Source: a virus (taxonomy: Duplodnaviria; Caudoviricetes). From it: a stretch of DNA of 64,000 bases. Position numbers and translations under genes: made by a program. The stretch lies in IMG/VR virus record IMGVR_UViG_3300031993_000061, positions 4,586 to 68,585 of that record. The stretch is one strand, 5' to 3'. This document shows, piece by piece, positions 50,733-60,401 of the stretch. The notes beneath the pieces were generated by a model. The model was given only the letters and a program-made list of their open reading frames with translations, had not been told where the DNA came from and ran no database searches. Every line of letters begins with the position of its first letter. Positions within the stretch are counted from its first letter, which is position 1.

Positions 50733-51200
50733 ATGCGACAAAGATTATGTGAAGCAACCATATACGATATTAACCGAAGATTCGGTAATAATATCCGTGT
50801 GTAGAGAAGCAAGAAATACTCTGTACGTATTAAAGAATATCTGTTAGACCCACTTTATATTATCTTTGAGGTAACTGGCGGAACAAAGCCGTATGAAGTT
50901 CATGTGGCTTTTGAAAAGGTTGCGCCAAAAACCGTATCGGCTCTGAAAAATTCTCTGAAAAACGGTCAGGTCAAAATCAGTTGCGCGTGCAAAGATTTCG
51001 CATACAGATTTAATTACAGCGCCACGAAGAACAACTTCTCTCTTGGTGGAGAACACAGACCGTCGAATATTACCAATCCGAATGATTCGCTTGGTCCTGC
51101 TTGTAAACACGTGGCGGCCGTTTTGAAGAATACAAACTGGGTATACGCATTGATGGCCGATATGAAGAAAACAGAACGCAAAGAGGACGAGAAGAAATGA
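50733..51200 (+). CDS. SWIM Zn-finger protein, 155 aa with TAG=Gln (TAG at 50802)
   Basis: VTGGTKPYEV..ISCACKDFAYR..CKHVAAVL; upstream promoter 50670-50701. Confidence 0.75.
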
Positions 51201-53911
51201 TAATCAGTATTTACTACTTGAAACCTCAATATGAAGAATTCTTCCGACAGTCCTATGATTATATCGTAGACGCCACTGGTGAAAATCCGAAGAAATCCTA
51301 TTATGAGAAAGTTTTTACCGGCGAGGTAGAAGAAGAGGTCGATATCGACGGTCTCTATGATATTGTGACGAATGATATGCCACAGAATTTTGTCGGACAC
51401 GACTTTGGTGTTTCTGATGTCATAGGGATTGATAAGGGTAACGAACATCTCAAAGAGGGTTCTTATTACTTCTGTGACATTATCGGATGGGATAAGTTAC
51501 ATAGTTGGGAAGAGGAAGAGAAAGAAAATATCAACGAGGCGGACGAAAACCGACAAAACAATCTGTTCTTTTCTACCGAGAAACCATTTGATAAATCAAA
51601 AGGCATGACTGGTCGCGGTGAAGAGGGTGCATTCTTCTGGGAAGATGAAAAGACGGCCAGAGAGACAATGAAAAATCTCAACCACGCCGATGGTTATGTG
51701 TACTCGATTTATTCGCCAGATGTGCAAAAACCGTTGGTGATAGACGACGATATTGTCAAGTGGGACGGTGACAATCTGTCAGACTTATTGCTTTGCAAAC
51801 TCCATAATGAACCGTATGATATTTGGAGAGACGGCGACCCACGCGACTTTATCCATCCAGATAAGATTCATATAGATAACCTTGTCCCTGAAGATGAAAA
51901 AATTCTATTAAGAGCCAAAAACTTTCATGACGTCTTCCGTTTTATCCGGTCAAAGGGATTTGACCATATCCAATATCTGAATAAAATGGATACGCCAGTC
52001 AATCCGCAATATGCTATTATTTTGGATTATAACAGTCGGTTTGATTTTGATACGCTAACAGAATTGACGGAATCGGAAGCGTATGACCAAATAAAAAATC
52101 GTAACGAAAGAGAAAGTGAAAACAATATGAAAGAATCCGCACCGCTGTACGAATCAGACGACATTGACGAGAAGTTGATTCAGTCTGCTTCCGACGACGC
52201 TTTCAAAAAGAATGTGGCCACCGAAATCAAAGCCGGCAAGCCACAAAAGCAAGCCCTTGCGATTGCCTATGATATTCAGAGGAAAAATAAGAAGTCTATG
52301 AAAGAAGCCAATACAGAAGAATCCAAAGGAATGATTGATGTTCTCGGTGATGTCAAGGAATCCGTTGACGGAAAAGCCGATTTTGAAGTTACCATTAACG
52401 AAGTTGACGACGAACTCGAACCTATTGACGGAACGGAAACGGTCGTTCCTGTTACTGTTGACGAGGTAATCAAGCGTTTCAGCGATAAGACATATCAATG
52501 GGCTATTCGTGGTTGGACGAGAGACAACGCGAATGAATACTTCAAAACTCATTCCAATAGCGAACTTGCTCACATGGTTAGCGATATCGCTTATGATAAA
52601 TATCATCAACAGCCGGAAAACAAACATAAACTCCATCACTTCACAAAGATTGAACTTGTGAATCCAGAGGCGCTTCCGAGCCAAGAGGAAATTGATGAAA
52701 AGAGTTTCCAAGAGTTAAGAAAGAAACTCGGAAAGATTCTGTTGCCTCCGAGATATAAGACAGAATCGTTAGGAGAAGCATCTCCAAATTATAACGCCTC
52801 GCCTAATAGTTGGATTATTGAACTTGTACCAGAAACGCCGATTGGTTTACGCAGAATGTATTGGAACGGAAAATCATTTGAAGAGTTTGCAAACATTCAT
52901 GACCCAGAAATCGCAAAGAAGTGTCCTATGTATAGCAAGAAAGACGCTATTGAGAAACAGAAAGAATTACGCAAGCAATATCCAGACGATATGATTCTTC
53001 TTTGGTGGTACGGCCTTGCGAATGAGTCGCTGACGGAATCCGAAGAACTCGATAGACACTATTTTGCTTCACTCGTGAAACTTGGTGACCATCCTTACGA
53101 CGGATATTCCATTTTGAACGACGGGTACTTTGTCAGAAGAATTCATGCCGAGTCCGACGACGACGCTATTCAGCAGTTCCGCGATTGGGTGGACAACGGC
53201 GGTACGAGCCAAAGAGAGTCCAAGGTTTGCGAATCGAAATATGATATTCATTACAGCACCGACAGTCTTGATGGAGAAGAATTAAAGTATATCGAAGAAT
53301 TTGAGGGCGACCATGTGGCTCTGCTCGATTATATCAAGCAAATGCGTGATAATGGTTGCTACAATATCTGGACGTCCGAAATTACCGGAGATGTTGACGA
53401 GGACGATTTTGATGACGAAGATTCTGACGACCGTTATGAGCGCATTCGTCACAAAATGGTTTATGATTCCGATGGTTTCACGACAGACTATACGCTTTAT
53501 TTCGACCACAAGGACAATAACTATTTTACCGTTTTCGGCGATGACGAACTGTACGGCCCCGATTCCGAACACGATATGGATTTCGAGGCAAACGAAAAGG
53601 CCGCTATTGAATGGTTTGAAGACTACAATGGTCTTATCGACGACGACGAAGAAGAGTTTGATTTCGACATTGACGACATCGAACCATACGAGGGTGGCGT
53701 TATCAAAAACGAGTGGAAGTTTGAGTCGTTAAAGGAATCCGATGACGACAGACCGCTTCGCGTTTGCCGCTCTTGCCTGATGGGAATCGAAGCACACGAA
53801 GGAAATCAGCACGCCAAGCATATTTATATCGATGTCGATGATGTCGACGAAGAAGAAACCAAATGTGATTGGTGCGAAGAGACTGGTTTTGACGAATTGT
53901 GGGAAATCTAA
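51197..53911 (+). CDS. 904-aa polyvalent multidomain protein (YodL-like N-terminus, ART-like domain, C-terminal Zn ribbon)
   Basis: YEKVFTGEV..PQNFVGHDFGVSDVI..CDIIGW (YodL-like); GAFFWED..KPL..KGFDHIQY; CRSC..CDWC; many xxES junctions. Confidence 0.6.
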   Translation: MIISIYYLKPQYEEFFRQSYDYIVDATGENPKKSYYEKVFTGEVEEEVDIDGLYDIVTNDMPQNFVGHDFGVSDVIGIDKGNEHLKEGSYYFCDIIGWDKLHSWEEEEKENINEADENRQNNLFFSTEKPFDKSKGMTGRGEEGAFFWEDEKTARETMKNLNHADGYVYSIYSPDVQKPLVIDDDIVKWDGDNLSDLLLCKLHNEPYDIWRDGDPRDFIHPDKIHIDNLVPEDEKILLRAKNFHDVFRFIRSKGFDHIQYLNKMDTPVNPQYAIILDYNSRFDFDTLTELTESEAYDQIKNRNERESENNMKESAPLYESDDIDEKLIQSASDDAFKKNVATEIKAGKPQKQALAIAYDIQRKNKKSMKEANTEESKGMIDVLGDVKESVDGKADFEVTINEVDDELEPIDGTETVVPVTVDEVIKRFSDKTYQWAIRGWTRDNANEYFKTHSNSELAHMVSDIAYDKYHQQPENKHKLHHFTKIELVNPEALPSQEEIDEKSFQELRKKLGKILLPPRYKTESLGEASPNYNASPNSWIIELVPETPIGLRRMYWNGKSFEEFANIHDPEIAKKCPMYSKKDAIEKQKELRKQYPDDMILLWWYGLANESLTESEELDRHYFASLVKLGDHPYDGYSILNDGYFVRRIHAESDDDAIQQFRDWVDNGGTSQRESKVCESKYDIHYSTDSLDGEELKYIEEFEGDHVALLDYIKQMRDNGCYNIWTSEITGDVDEDDFDDEDSDDRYERIRHKMVYDSDGFTTDYTLYFDHKDNNYFTVFGDDELYGPDSEHDMDFEANEKAAIEWFEDYNGLIDDDEEEFDFDIDDIEPYEGGVIKNEWKFESLKESDDDRPLRVCRSCLMGIEAHEGNQHAKHIYIDVDDVDEEETKCDWCEETGFDELWEI

Positions 53912-53931
53912 ATAAGAGAGGATAATGATAT

Positions 53932-54315
53932 ATGAGCAAGACGAAAGATGTCCTTATTCGAGCATTAAAGACGCTGTGGCAGGCGTCGGTTGCCTACCTG
54001 CTTCTCAACGCCAAGGTAATTGCCGACGCGATTGCAACCGACCTTGAAGTTGGCGGTTTCGAGACAATCAAGTCTGTCGGAATGTCGATTCTGCTCGGCG
54101 CAGTAGCCGCTGGCTTATCCGCTGTCTACAATGCCTTTTTACGCGACAAAATCAATCCGAATTATGCACAAGTTGAAGACGATACAAGCGAGGATGAAAT
54201 CGGTATTATTCCCTCTCTCCAAGACGAAGAGGAAGAAGAAATCGAAGACGATGTGCTTGCTACCGCTCTTGAAGATGAGGAATCTGACAGCGCCGATAAC
54301 GACGGCGAGGAATAA
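53932..54315 (+). CDS. Holin (r1t-like) with an acidic tail
   Basis: LIRALKTLWQASVAYL..ILLGAVAAGLSAVYN; two TM segments. Confidence 0.72.
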   Translation: MSKTKDVLIRALKTLWQASVAYLLLNAKVIADAIATDLEVGGFETIKSVGMSILLGAVAAGLSAVYNAFLRDKINPNYAQVEDDTSEDEIGIIPSLQDEEEEEIEDDVLATALEDEESDSADNDGEE

Positions 54316-54403
54316 TACAAATGAGTGGCGGAATGGAGCGGACTCTGTTCCGCCACTTGTATAATTTAGATAGACCAAATCTCGATAAGAGGATTTATAG
54401 ATA

Positions 54404-55420
54404 ATGAAGTATATTAAACGACCCGAACAGCTCGAACGGAGCAGAAAATCGCTCAACGAATCCGTCAAAAGCGAACTGCTTGACGAGCGTAAAAATGCGG
54501 CCAAAGAAACGGCCAGAAAGATTTTAGAGAGCAAGAAAAAGCGTCCATCCAAGAAACTCGATGAGCGTGCCGAGATGAACATCAAGAACATCGATTGGCT
54601 TGAACTGAACGAACTTTTGGCGAGTCTGAAAGAAACGCTTGACGCTGAACTTAACGACGACCTCGATTACTTCCGTGTTGATGTATGGAGAGAGGGCGGC
54701 AAGGCATATCTCGACTTGTACACAAAAGACGCCGACGAAGTTTCTCTCTTCGGTGATTTCTCCGTCGAAGATATTTTGTCCATCGATAATCCAAAAGACT
54801 ACGGTCTTGATAAAGACTTGTTCAAGGAAGTCAAAGACAAGATTCTCGCCGAAAAGGACGAAATCGAAAAGAAGTTTATTCCGAAGATTGCCAAAGATTG
54901 GGGATTCCGTAATGTAAAACCGAGAGAGTCTGTGGAGTCTCTGAAAGAAAGTGATGACAACTATTCTGCTGTTGACGATATGATTGCAGGCAACCTGTTT
55001 AAGGAATTCAATCACTATATTCTGAAAAATTTACCGAGCGCCAAGTATTATGACGACAGAGGCAATATTGTTGTTGCTTCTAACTATGATAGCGGCGAGC
55101 AAGCGTCCTATGATATTGACGACGGAGGACAGACCATTTATATCAGTCTGATTGAAAAGGATGACGCCGCGCTTGCTGAATTTGTGGCCGATATGTTCAA
55201 TCTGAGATGCGGTTTTGACGAGCAGAGAAAACCAAATCCCGGCTACAATTATGTGTATAAGATTTATGTTCCTCATCGTGTCAACGAAATGCCGATTGCG
55301 AAATTCATTTATGAAATCGGCATCGACCCAAATGTGTTCAAGGATTCCAAGAGGGCGCAAGGCGCGATTGATTCCGAACAGAGAAAGGCACAGAAGAAAG
55401 CCAAGAGCGAAAAGAGGTAA
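54404..55420 (+). CDS. Putative virion-internal multidomain protein
   Basis: Hairpin 54325-57 then TGTATAATTT 54358; LNES, LDER and LKES motifs. Confidence 0.55.
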   Translation: MKYIKRPEQLERSRKSLNESVKSELLDERKNAAKETARKILESKKKRPSKKLDERAEMNIKNIDWLELNELLASLKETLDAELNDDLDYFRVDVWREGGKAYLDLYTKDADEVSLFGDFSVEDILSIDNPKDYGLDKDLFKEVKDKILAEKDEIEKKFIPKIAKDWGFRNVKPRESVESLKESDDNYSAVDDMIAGNLFKEFNHYILKNLPSAKYYDDRGNIVVASNYDSGEQASYDIDDGGQTIYISLIEKDDAALAEFVADMFNLRCGFDEQRKPNPGYNYVYKIYVPHRVNEMPIAKFIYEIGIDPNVFKDSKRAQGAIDSEQRKAQKKAKSEKR

Positions 55421-55426
55421 TGAACG

Positions 55427-56023
55427 ATGGCAAGAATTGTCAATTCTCCATTAAGTGCCTCGACTGTTAATTTTCAGTATTTGTCAGGCGGCTCTTTGTA
55501 GACGCTCACACTTGACGCCACAAGTTTTATGGGTGGTGGCGGAGCAACGTACAGCGCAGGTAGTGGCCTTACGCTGAATGGAACGACATTTTCCGTTGAA
55601 TCTACGATTTATGGAAAGATGACTTCTATGCCCGCCTTTGGTTCGAACAGCAGTTATTTTCTCGCGAACAACGGTACTTGGCAGTCGATTCAAGCGTAGC
55701 CAGCCATCGTATTTACGGCGTCCACAACGTCTTCCGGTACGATGACTTTATCAGACGGAGCAAATGTGCTTAGCATCTATAATGCCGCATCTACCGGTCA
55801 GCCCGTTTATATCTATTGTAACGTATTTGATGCCATGGGTGGCAACGCCATGTGGCATATAGACAGATGTACGTCTATGGCTGGCATTAGCGCCATTATG
55901 TTGTATGGCGCCGCCGTGATATATGGCGTGTCTACCCAACTTAAAATGCGTGCCGTTTACGGGACGTATACTTCGACAGCCATTACCTTGACGACGGCAG
56001 ATTTTACCATGACAAATTCTTAA
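55427..56023 (+). CDS. Tail fibre / adhesin-like protein, 198 aa with TAG=Gln (TAG at 55499 and 55697)
   Basis: Read-through gives TYSAGSGLTLNGTTFSV and YFLANNGTWQ; S/T/G-rich; joins the 55742 ORF. Confidence 0.7.
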
Positions 56024-56035
56024 TAAGAGGTTTAT

Positions 56036-56887
56036 ATGAACTTAATTCAATGTATTCACTATGATAGCGGAAACTACATTTGGGCGAGCGGTGAAGTTGA
56101 GAACAAAATGAATGTTCCAACACAAGCAACGCCTGTTGGAATTGTGCTTCACTCTACTGGCGATTCAGCCAAAGACTTAAAGCGCTATGTGCAACCGTCA
56201 AAGAGCGACCCCAAGTACCAAGAACTTATCAATCTGATTGGTAAAAACATTTATAACAATTCTTGGAATAGGGCGACGTCCAAAAAGGGCGTTCACTATA
56301 TGATTGGCAAACTGAAAGACGGCTCGGTTGCGACAGCCCAAATGTTGCCTGAAAACTTTGCTTGTTGGGGTTGCGGTAGTGGAAAGAATGGCTCTTACAA
56401 CTACGACCCAACGCAACATATCCAAATCGAATTAGAGCAAGGGAATGACGCTCTGTTTGATACCGTCTACAAGGAAGCCGTTGCGCTTTGTGCCGATATT
56501 TGTATTCGCTACGGATGGACAGCAGACAATATATGCTCTCACAACGAGGCGAGAATCGCGGGTTTTGCGAGCAATCACACAGACCCCGATACTTGGTTTA
56601 AGAAGCACAACAAGACGATGAATCAATTCCGTGCCGATGTCAAGACGGCGATTGCGCAAAAGGACGACGAGCCGTATGAGCCGTCTGTCGGAGAGGTTAT
56701 CCGTTTTGTCGGCACAAAACAGTGGACGAACGCCAATGCCGCTGACGCTAAGGCCAAGAAAGCGTCGCCGTGCGCCGCTTCTGTCAAGAAGATATATAAA
56801 CTCGGAAAATCCAAACATCCTTATTATATTACTGGCAACTGGGTGAATGGCTGGGTAAATGCCGAAGATATTAGGAAGAAGAAATAA
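56036..56887 (+). CDS. Endolysin, N-acetylmuramoyl-L-alanine amidase (Amidase_2) with an SH3-like C-terminus
   Basis: GIVLHSTG..VHYMIG..WGCG..HIQIELE..ICSHNE..SNHTDP; C-terminal HPYYI..GWVNAEDI. Confidence 0.9.
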   Translation: MNLIQCIHYDSGNYIWASGEVENKMNVPTQATPVGIVLHSTGDSAKDLKRYVQPSKSDPKYQELINLIGKNIYNNSWNRATSKKGVHYMIGKLKDGSVATAQMLPENFACWGCGSGKNGSYNYDPTQHIQIELEQGNDALFDTVYKEAVALCADICIRYGWTADNICSHNEARIAGFASNHTDPDTWFKKHNKTMNQFRADVKTAIAQKDDEPYEPSVGEVIRFVGTKQWTNANAADAKAKKASPCAASVKKIYKLGKSKHPYYITGNWVNGWVNAEDIRKKK

Positions 56888-57135
56888 TGAAAAGAATTAC
56901 CGTAGACGAATTATTCAGCCGTTGCGTTCAGCCAGCGGAAACTATCGTTATCTTTTATATCGACGATTCCTTTTTGAAGACAGATATTATTCGTCAAGTA
57001 AAATTATGGCAGGTGCTTGCCGGTCGTCTTCCGAAAAAGGTGTTAGATTCCTATGTGGACGGTTGGGATTTTGCACACAATACTTTCCGTGTCGTAGTTG
57101 ACTTGAACGAAGCCGACTTTATGGCGGATGATTAA
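56887..57135 (+). CDS. Hypothetical protein
   Basis: Coupled ORF. Confidence 0.6.
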   Translation: MKRITVDELFSRCVQPAETIVIFYIDDSFLKTDIIRQVKLWQVLAGRLPKKVLDSYVDGWDFAHNTFRVVVDLNEADFMADD

Positions 57136-57152
57136 GATAGGAACTTCACATT

Positions 57153-58103
57153 ATGACAGACAGAGAATTAGATAAGGCAAGAAAATTACTGCCTTTGGGG
57201 AAAAAGAAGTACGCCGATTGGACAGACGACGAAAAGAAACTGTCCGCCGAACTCTCTTGCCGTGATATGATTAACTCAATTTTGGCGTATAATTGGCACG
57301 GACAAACGGCTGACGAAATCGTTGGCGAGCAAGAAGCAGACCGTTGGAATTACCTTGACAAGTTTATCAACGGTGACGATATGAGACCTCCGCTCGGCCG
57401 TGAGCGTGTTGTCGAACTTGTGCAAGAGCAAATGGACGACATTGACTCCGTTGTCAAAGATACCGTTACGGATAGCGAGGGTATTTCCTACAATAGCATT
57501 AAGTGGAAGCGCGAATCTTGCGAGAAAAAGGTTGAGGAAGCAAAACCTTCAAAGCCAAAGAGACACGCTATTGACGCTGATGTGTTGAAGAGATTCCGTT
57601 GCGTAAAAGAATCAAAATGCAACGAGGGAAAATACGGTTTCTTAAAGCGTTACAAAGAATATCGTATTATCGAAACGCCGTCCACATATGTTATTACCGA
57701 CCCTCACGGAACTACCGTTGGATAGTCTCCTACGCTGTCTGGCGCAGAAGGGTTGATTGACGAAATTGTCAACAACACATCGCAGACGGAATCTAAATGC
57801 AACGAGGCGGAGAGACCCGCTCGCTCCAATAAAGCCGGGCAGTTGTTCTCGAAAGCACAGCACTTGTATGATATTGGCGCACGAGCCGCTGATTTTGCAG
57901 AGAAGTTCTCTCCGAAAGAGTTGGCCGAACTGTGGGCCGCTTGTATGATTTCTGCCGAGAATCCTTTCGGCCAAGCGTATGACGACGAAGTATACGACGC
58001 CATTCAGTACCTTGGCGATGTTGAGCCAAAGGTTGCCGAAGGCATTATGATTGCCGCAAGCAATATCTACGACAGAAAATATCATAAACCGCAAGGTGTT
58101 TGA
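57153..58103 (+). CDS. Putative virion-internal multidomain protein, 316 aa with TAG=Gln (TAG at 57723)
   Basis: Read-through joins the 57153 and 57753 ORFs in frame; repeated ESKCNE motif; terminator at about 58112-58150. Confidence 0.7.
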
Positions 58104-58154
58104 GATTGTAAAAAAAAGGTTGAGCGAAACGCTCGGCCTTTTTTTTATTTTCCA

Positions 58155-58187
58155 TGGGTTGACAAAGTGGAATGATTATGATATAAT
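58155..58187 (+). promoter_or_regulatory. Early-type sigmaA promoter
   Basis: TTGACA 58159-64, TGA-TATAAT 58182-87. Confidence 0.85.
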
Positions 58188-58217
58188 AGTGGCAGAAATG
58201 AAAGAGAGGTATTTGAT

Positions 58218-58897
58218 ATGTTGTTCTACACCGAGAAGGCCAGACTGTCCGCTATTGCCGACATTCGTAAGAAAATTTCCGTTGTGATGTCCATGAAGAA
58301 TGGTGAGATGTCCTATACGGACGCTCGTGGTATTGTCGATTATCTTCTTATGATGATTGACCAAATTGAGGCCGAACAGCGCGACGTTGACGCAAAGGCA
58401 ACGAAAAGATAAGAGAGGTATTTGAGATGACTTATGCAGAGTATCGTAAATCAAAGCAGACCGAAGCCGACAATCTTCCCATCTTCTTTGCGTTCAACAA
58501 AGAGCAGTTCTACGACGCTTGTGAAAAGCGCAATATCAAACTTGATGGCTCTACCAAACTTGTCGCCATTGGTGGCGGCGGTTATTGTACCAAAGAAGAT
58601 TGGCCTATCGTCAAGGAGTTTATGGAAAAGAAAGACCCCATTACCGAGTTGATGAAAGACTACGATTTCGCCTTTGACGCTATCTATTACGAGATGGGGA
58701 ATCACGAGTATCACATCAACTACTATCAGGGCGATTACGACGTCTGCTCTTGCTTCGGCAACTGTGAATGGGGCGGCGAAGAAATGAAGGGCGAACAGTA
58801 TCTTGTCGATATGGGCTATGGCGAGGAAACTATCCGCGCCTACAAAGACGCCCGGAAAAAGTTTATGAAAGACGCCATTGATAACGACTGGTATTGA
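58218..58897 (+). other. Two small early ORFs (58218..58412 and 58427..58897)
   Basis: Both have GAGAGG RBS; the second has the FAF..QF..GGY..YEMGNHEY pattern common in Firmicute phages. Confidence 0.7.
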
Positions 58898-58997
58898 TGA
58901 TACCGTCTATCAGCGCGTATAATGCGCTGTGAGCGATGTTTGGCTTTTGCGGTTAATGATACCAAGAAAGCCAAACTTTTCATTATAGAGCAAATGT

Positions 58998-60362
58998 GTG
59001 CGTGACAGAGGTATTTTAGAGTTGGGAAATCAATATAGTTTAATTGTCGGCGTAAATGATTTAGCGACAAAGTATCCAGAGATTGCCTCCGAATGGGACT
59101 ATGAGAAGAATGGCGAACTAACGCCACAGCACACTTATTGTAACAGCAATAAAAAGGTGTGGTGGATTGGTGCGTGTGGCCATTCGTATATGGCAAATCC
59201 GAATAATCGTACACATGGTAGCGGATGTCCATATTGCCGTGGAATGAAGGTTTTGTCAGGATTTAACGATTTGTTATCTCGGTATCCTTCAGTAGCGTCG
59301 GAGTGGAATTATGTCAAAAATGATATTTTGCCACATAATGTACAATGTCATACAAAAAAGACATACTGGTGGAAATGCGCATATGGACACGAGTGGCAAC
59401 AATCTGTTATAAGAAGAACTATTGATGGATGTAAGTGTCCAATGTGTAAGAATGGCAATCATGTAAGTTTTCCGGAAAAAGCCATGCTGTTCTATGTTGT
59501 TCAAATCTTTAATGATGCAGTTGGAAATTATCGTTCTGATTGGCTAAATGGTTTCGAATTAGATATCTTTATTCCATCTATTAACACGGCTATTGAGTAC
59601 GACGGAGAAAGATGGCACAATGAGGCGAGTAGCGACAAGGAACTAAGAAAGTATTTGCTTTGCAAAGAACAAAATATAAAACTAATTCGTATCAGGGAGC
59701 GTATAGTGGGCAATGAGCGTTTGATATCCGATTCGTGTATTTCAATATCAAATGCCAACATATATAAGAGTAAGAAGGCGTTTTCATCGCTCATATATGA
59801 GACTTTATGTCAGTTGACCGCATTCAGACCGTGGCTACGCAAGAACATTGATATAGACATAGAAAGAGATTGCCAGACAATTAAGTCGTCGTATCTCTAT
59901 GGTAATGCCAAAAACAACCTGAAAGAGTTAGTACCAGACATAGACAAATATTGGGATTACAGTAAAAATGCCAACTCTCCGAATTTGCACAACGCCTATT
60001 CCAGAGACAATGCGTGGTGGATTTGCCCAGATTGTGGCATATCGTTCCAAAAGACCGCCACTAATTGGTATCGTCGTGGGGATATCAGACCGTATTGTCC
60101 AGAGTGTACACAAAAACACCGCTATCTAAAGGCGAGCCTGCATAAGCAAAAACCCATAATCGGCACAGATAAATTAGGTGAGCAACTTCGATTCAATAGT
60201 GCGAGAGAAGCATCTGAATATTTATATGATAATTTTGGCGTGTCACGGGACTCGTACAAGAATATTAGCGCTTGTCTGCGCGGAAAACAGAACACCGCCT
60301 ACGGTTATCATTGGGAATATGTCGACAATGAACCTTGGGTTGACAACGAAAACACAAAGTGA
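58998..60362 (+). CDS. Zn-ribbon repeat (DUF4379-like) protein with a Vsr/DUF559-like nuclease domain; putative free-standing endonuclease
   Basis: Repeated YPEIASEWD..KVWW.C..GH..CP.C; ELDIFIPSINTAIEYDGERWH. Confidence 0.72.
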   Translation: MRDRGILELGNQYSLIVGVNDLATKYPEIASEWDYEKNGELTPQHTYCNSNKKVWWIGACGHSYMANPNNRTHGSGCPYCRGMKVLSGFNDLLSRYPSVASEWNYVKNDILPHNVQCHTKKTYWWKCAYGHEWQQSVIRRTIDGCKCPMCKNGNHVSFPEKAMLFYVVQIFNDAVGNYRSDWLNGFELDIFIPSINTAIEYDGERWHNEASSDKELRKYLLCKEQNIKLIRIRERIVGNERLISDSCISISNANIYKSKKAFSSLIYETLCQLTAFRPWLRKNIDIDIERDCQTIKSSYLYGNAKNNLKELVPDIDKYWDYSKNANSPNLHNAYSRDNAWWICPDCGISFQKTATNWYRRGDIRPYCPECTQKHRYLKASLHKQKPIIGTDKLGEQLRFNSAREASEYLYDNFGVSRDSYKNISACLRGKQNTAYGYHWEYVDNEPWVDNENTK

Positions 60363-60401
60363 TATAATTTAGGTAACAAAACAAAACGAGAGGGTATCTC
60401 A

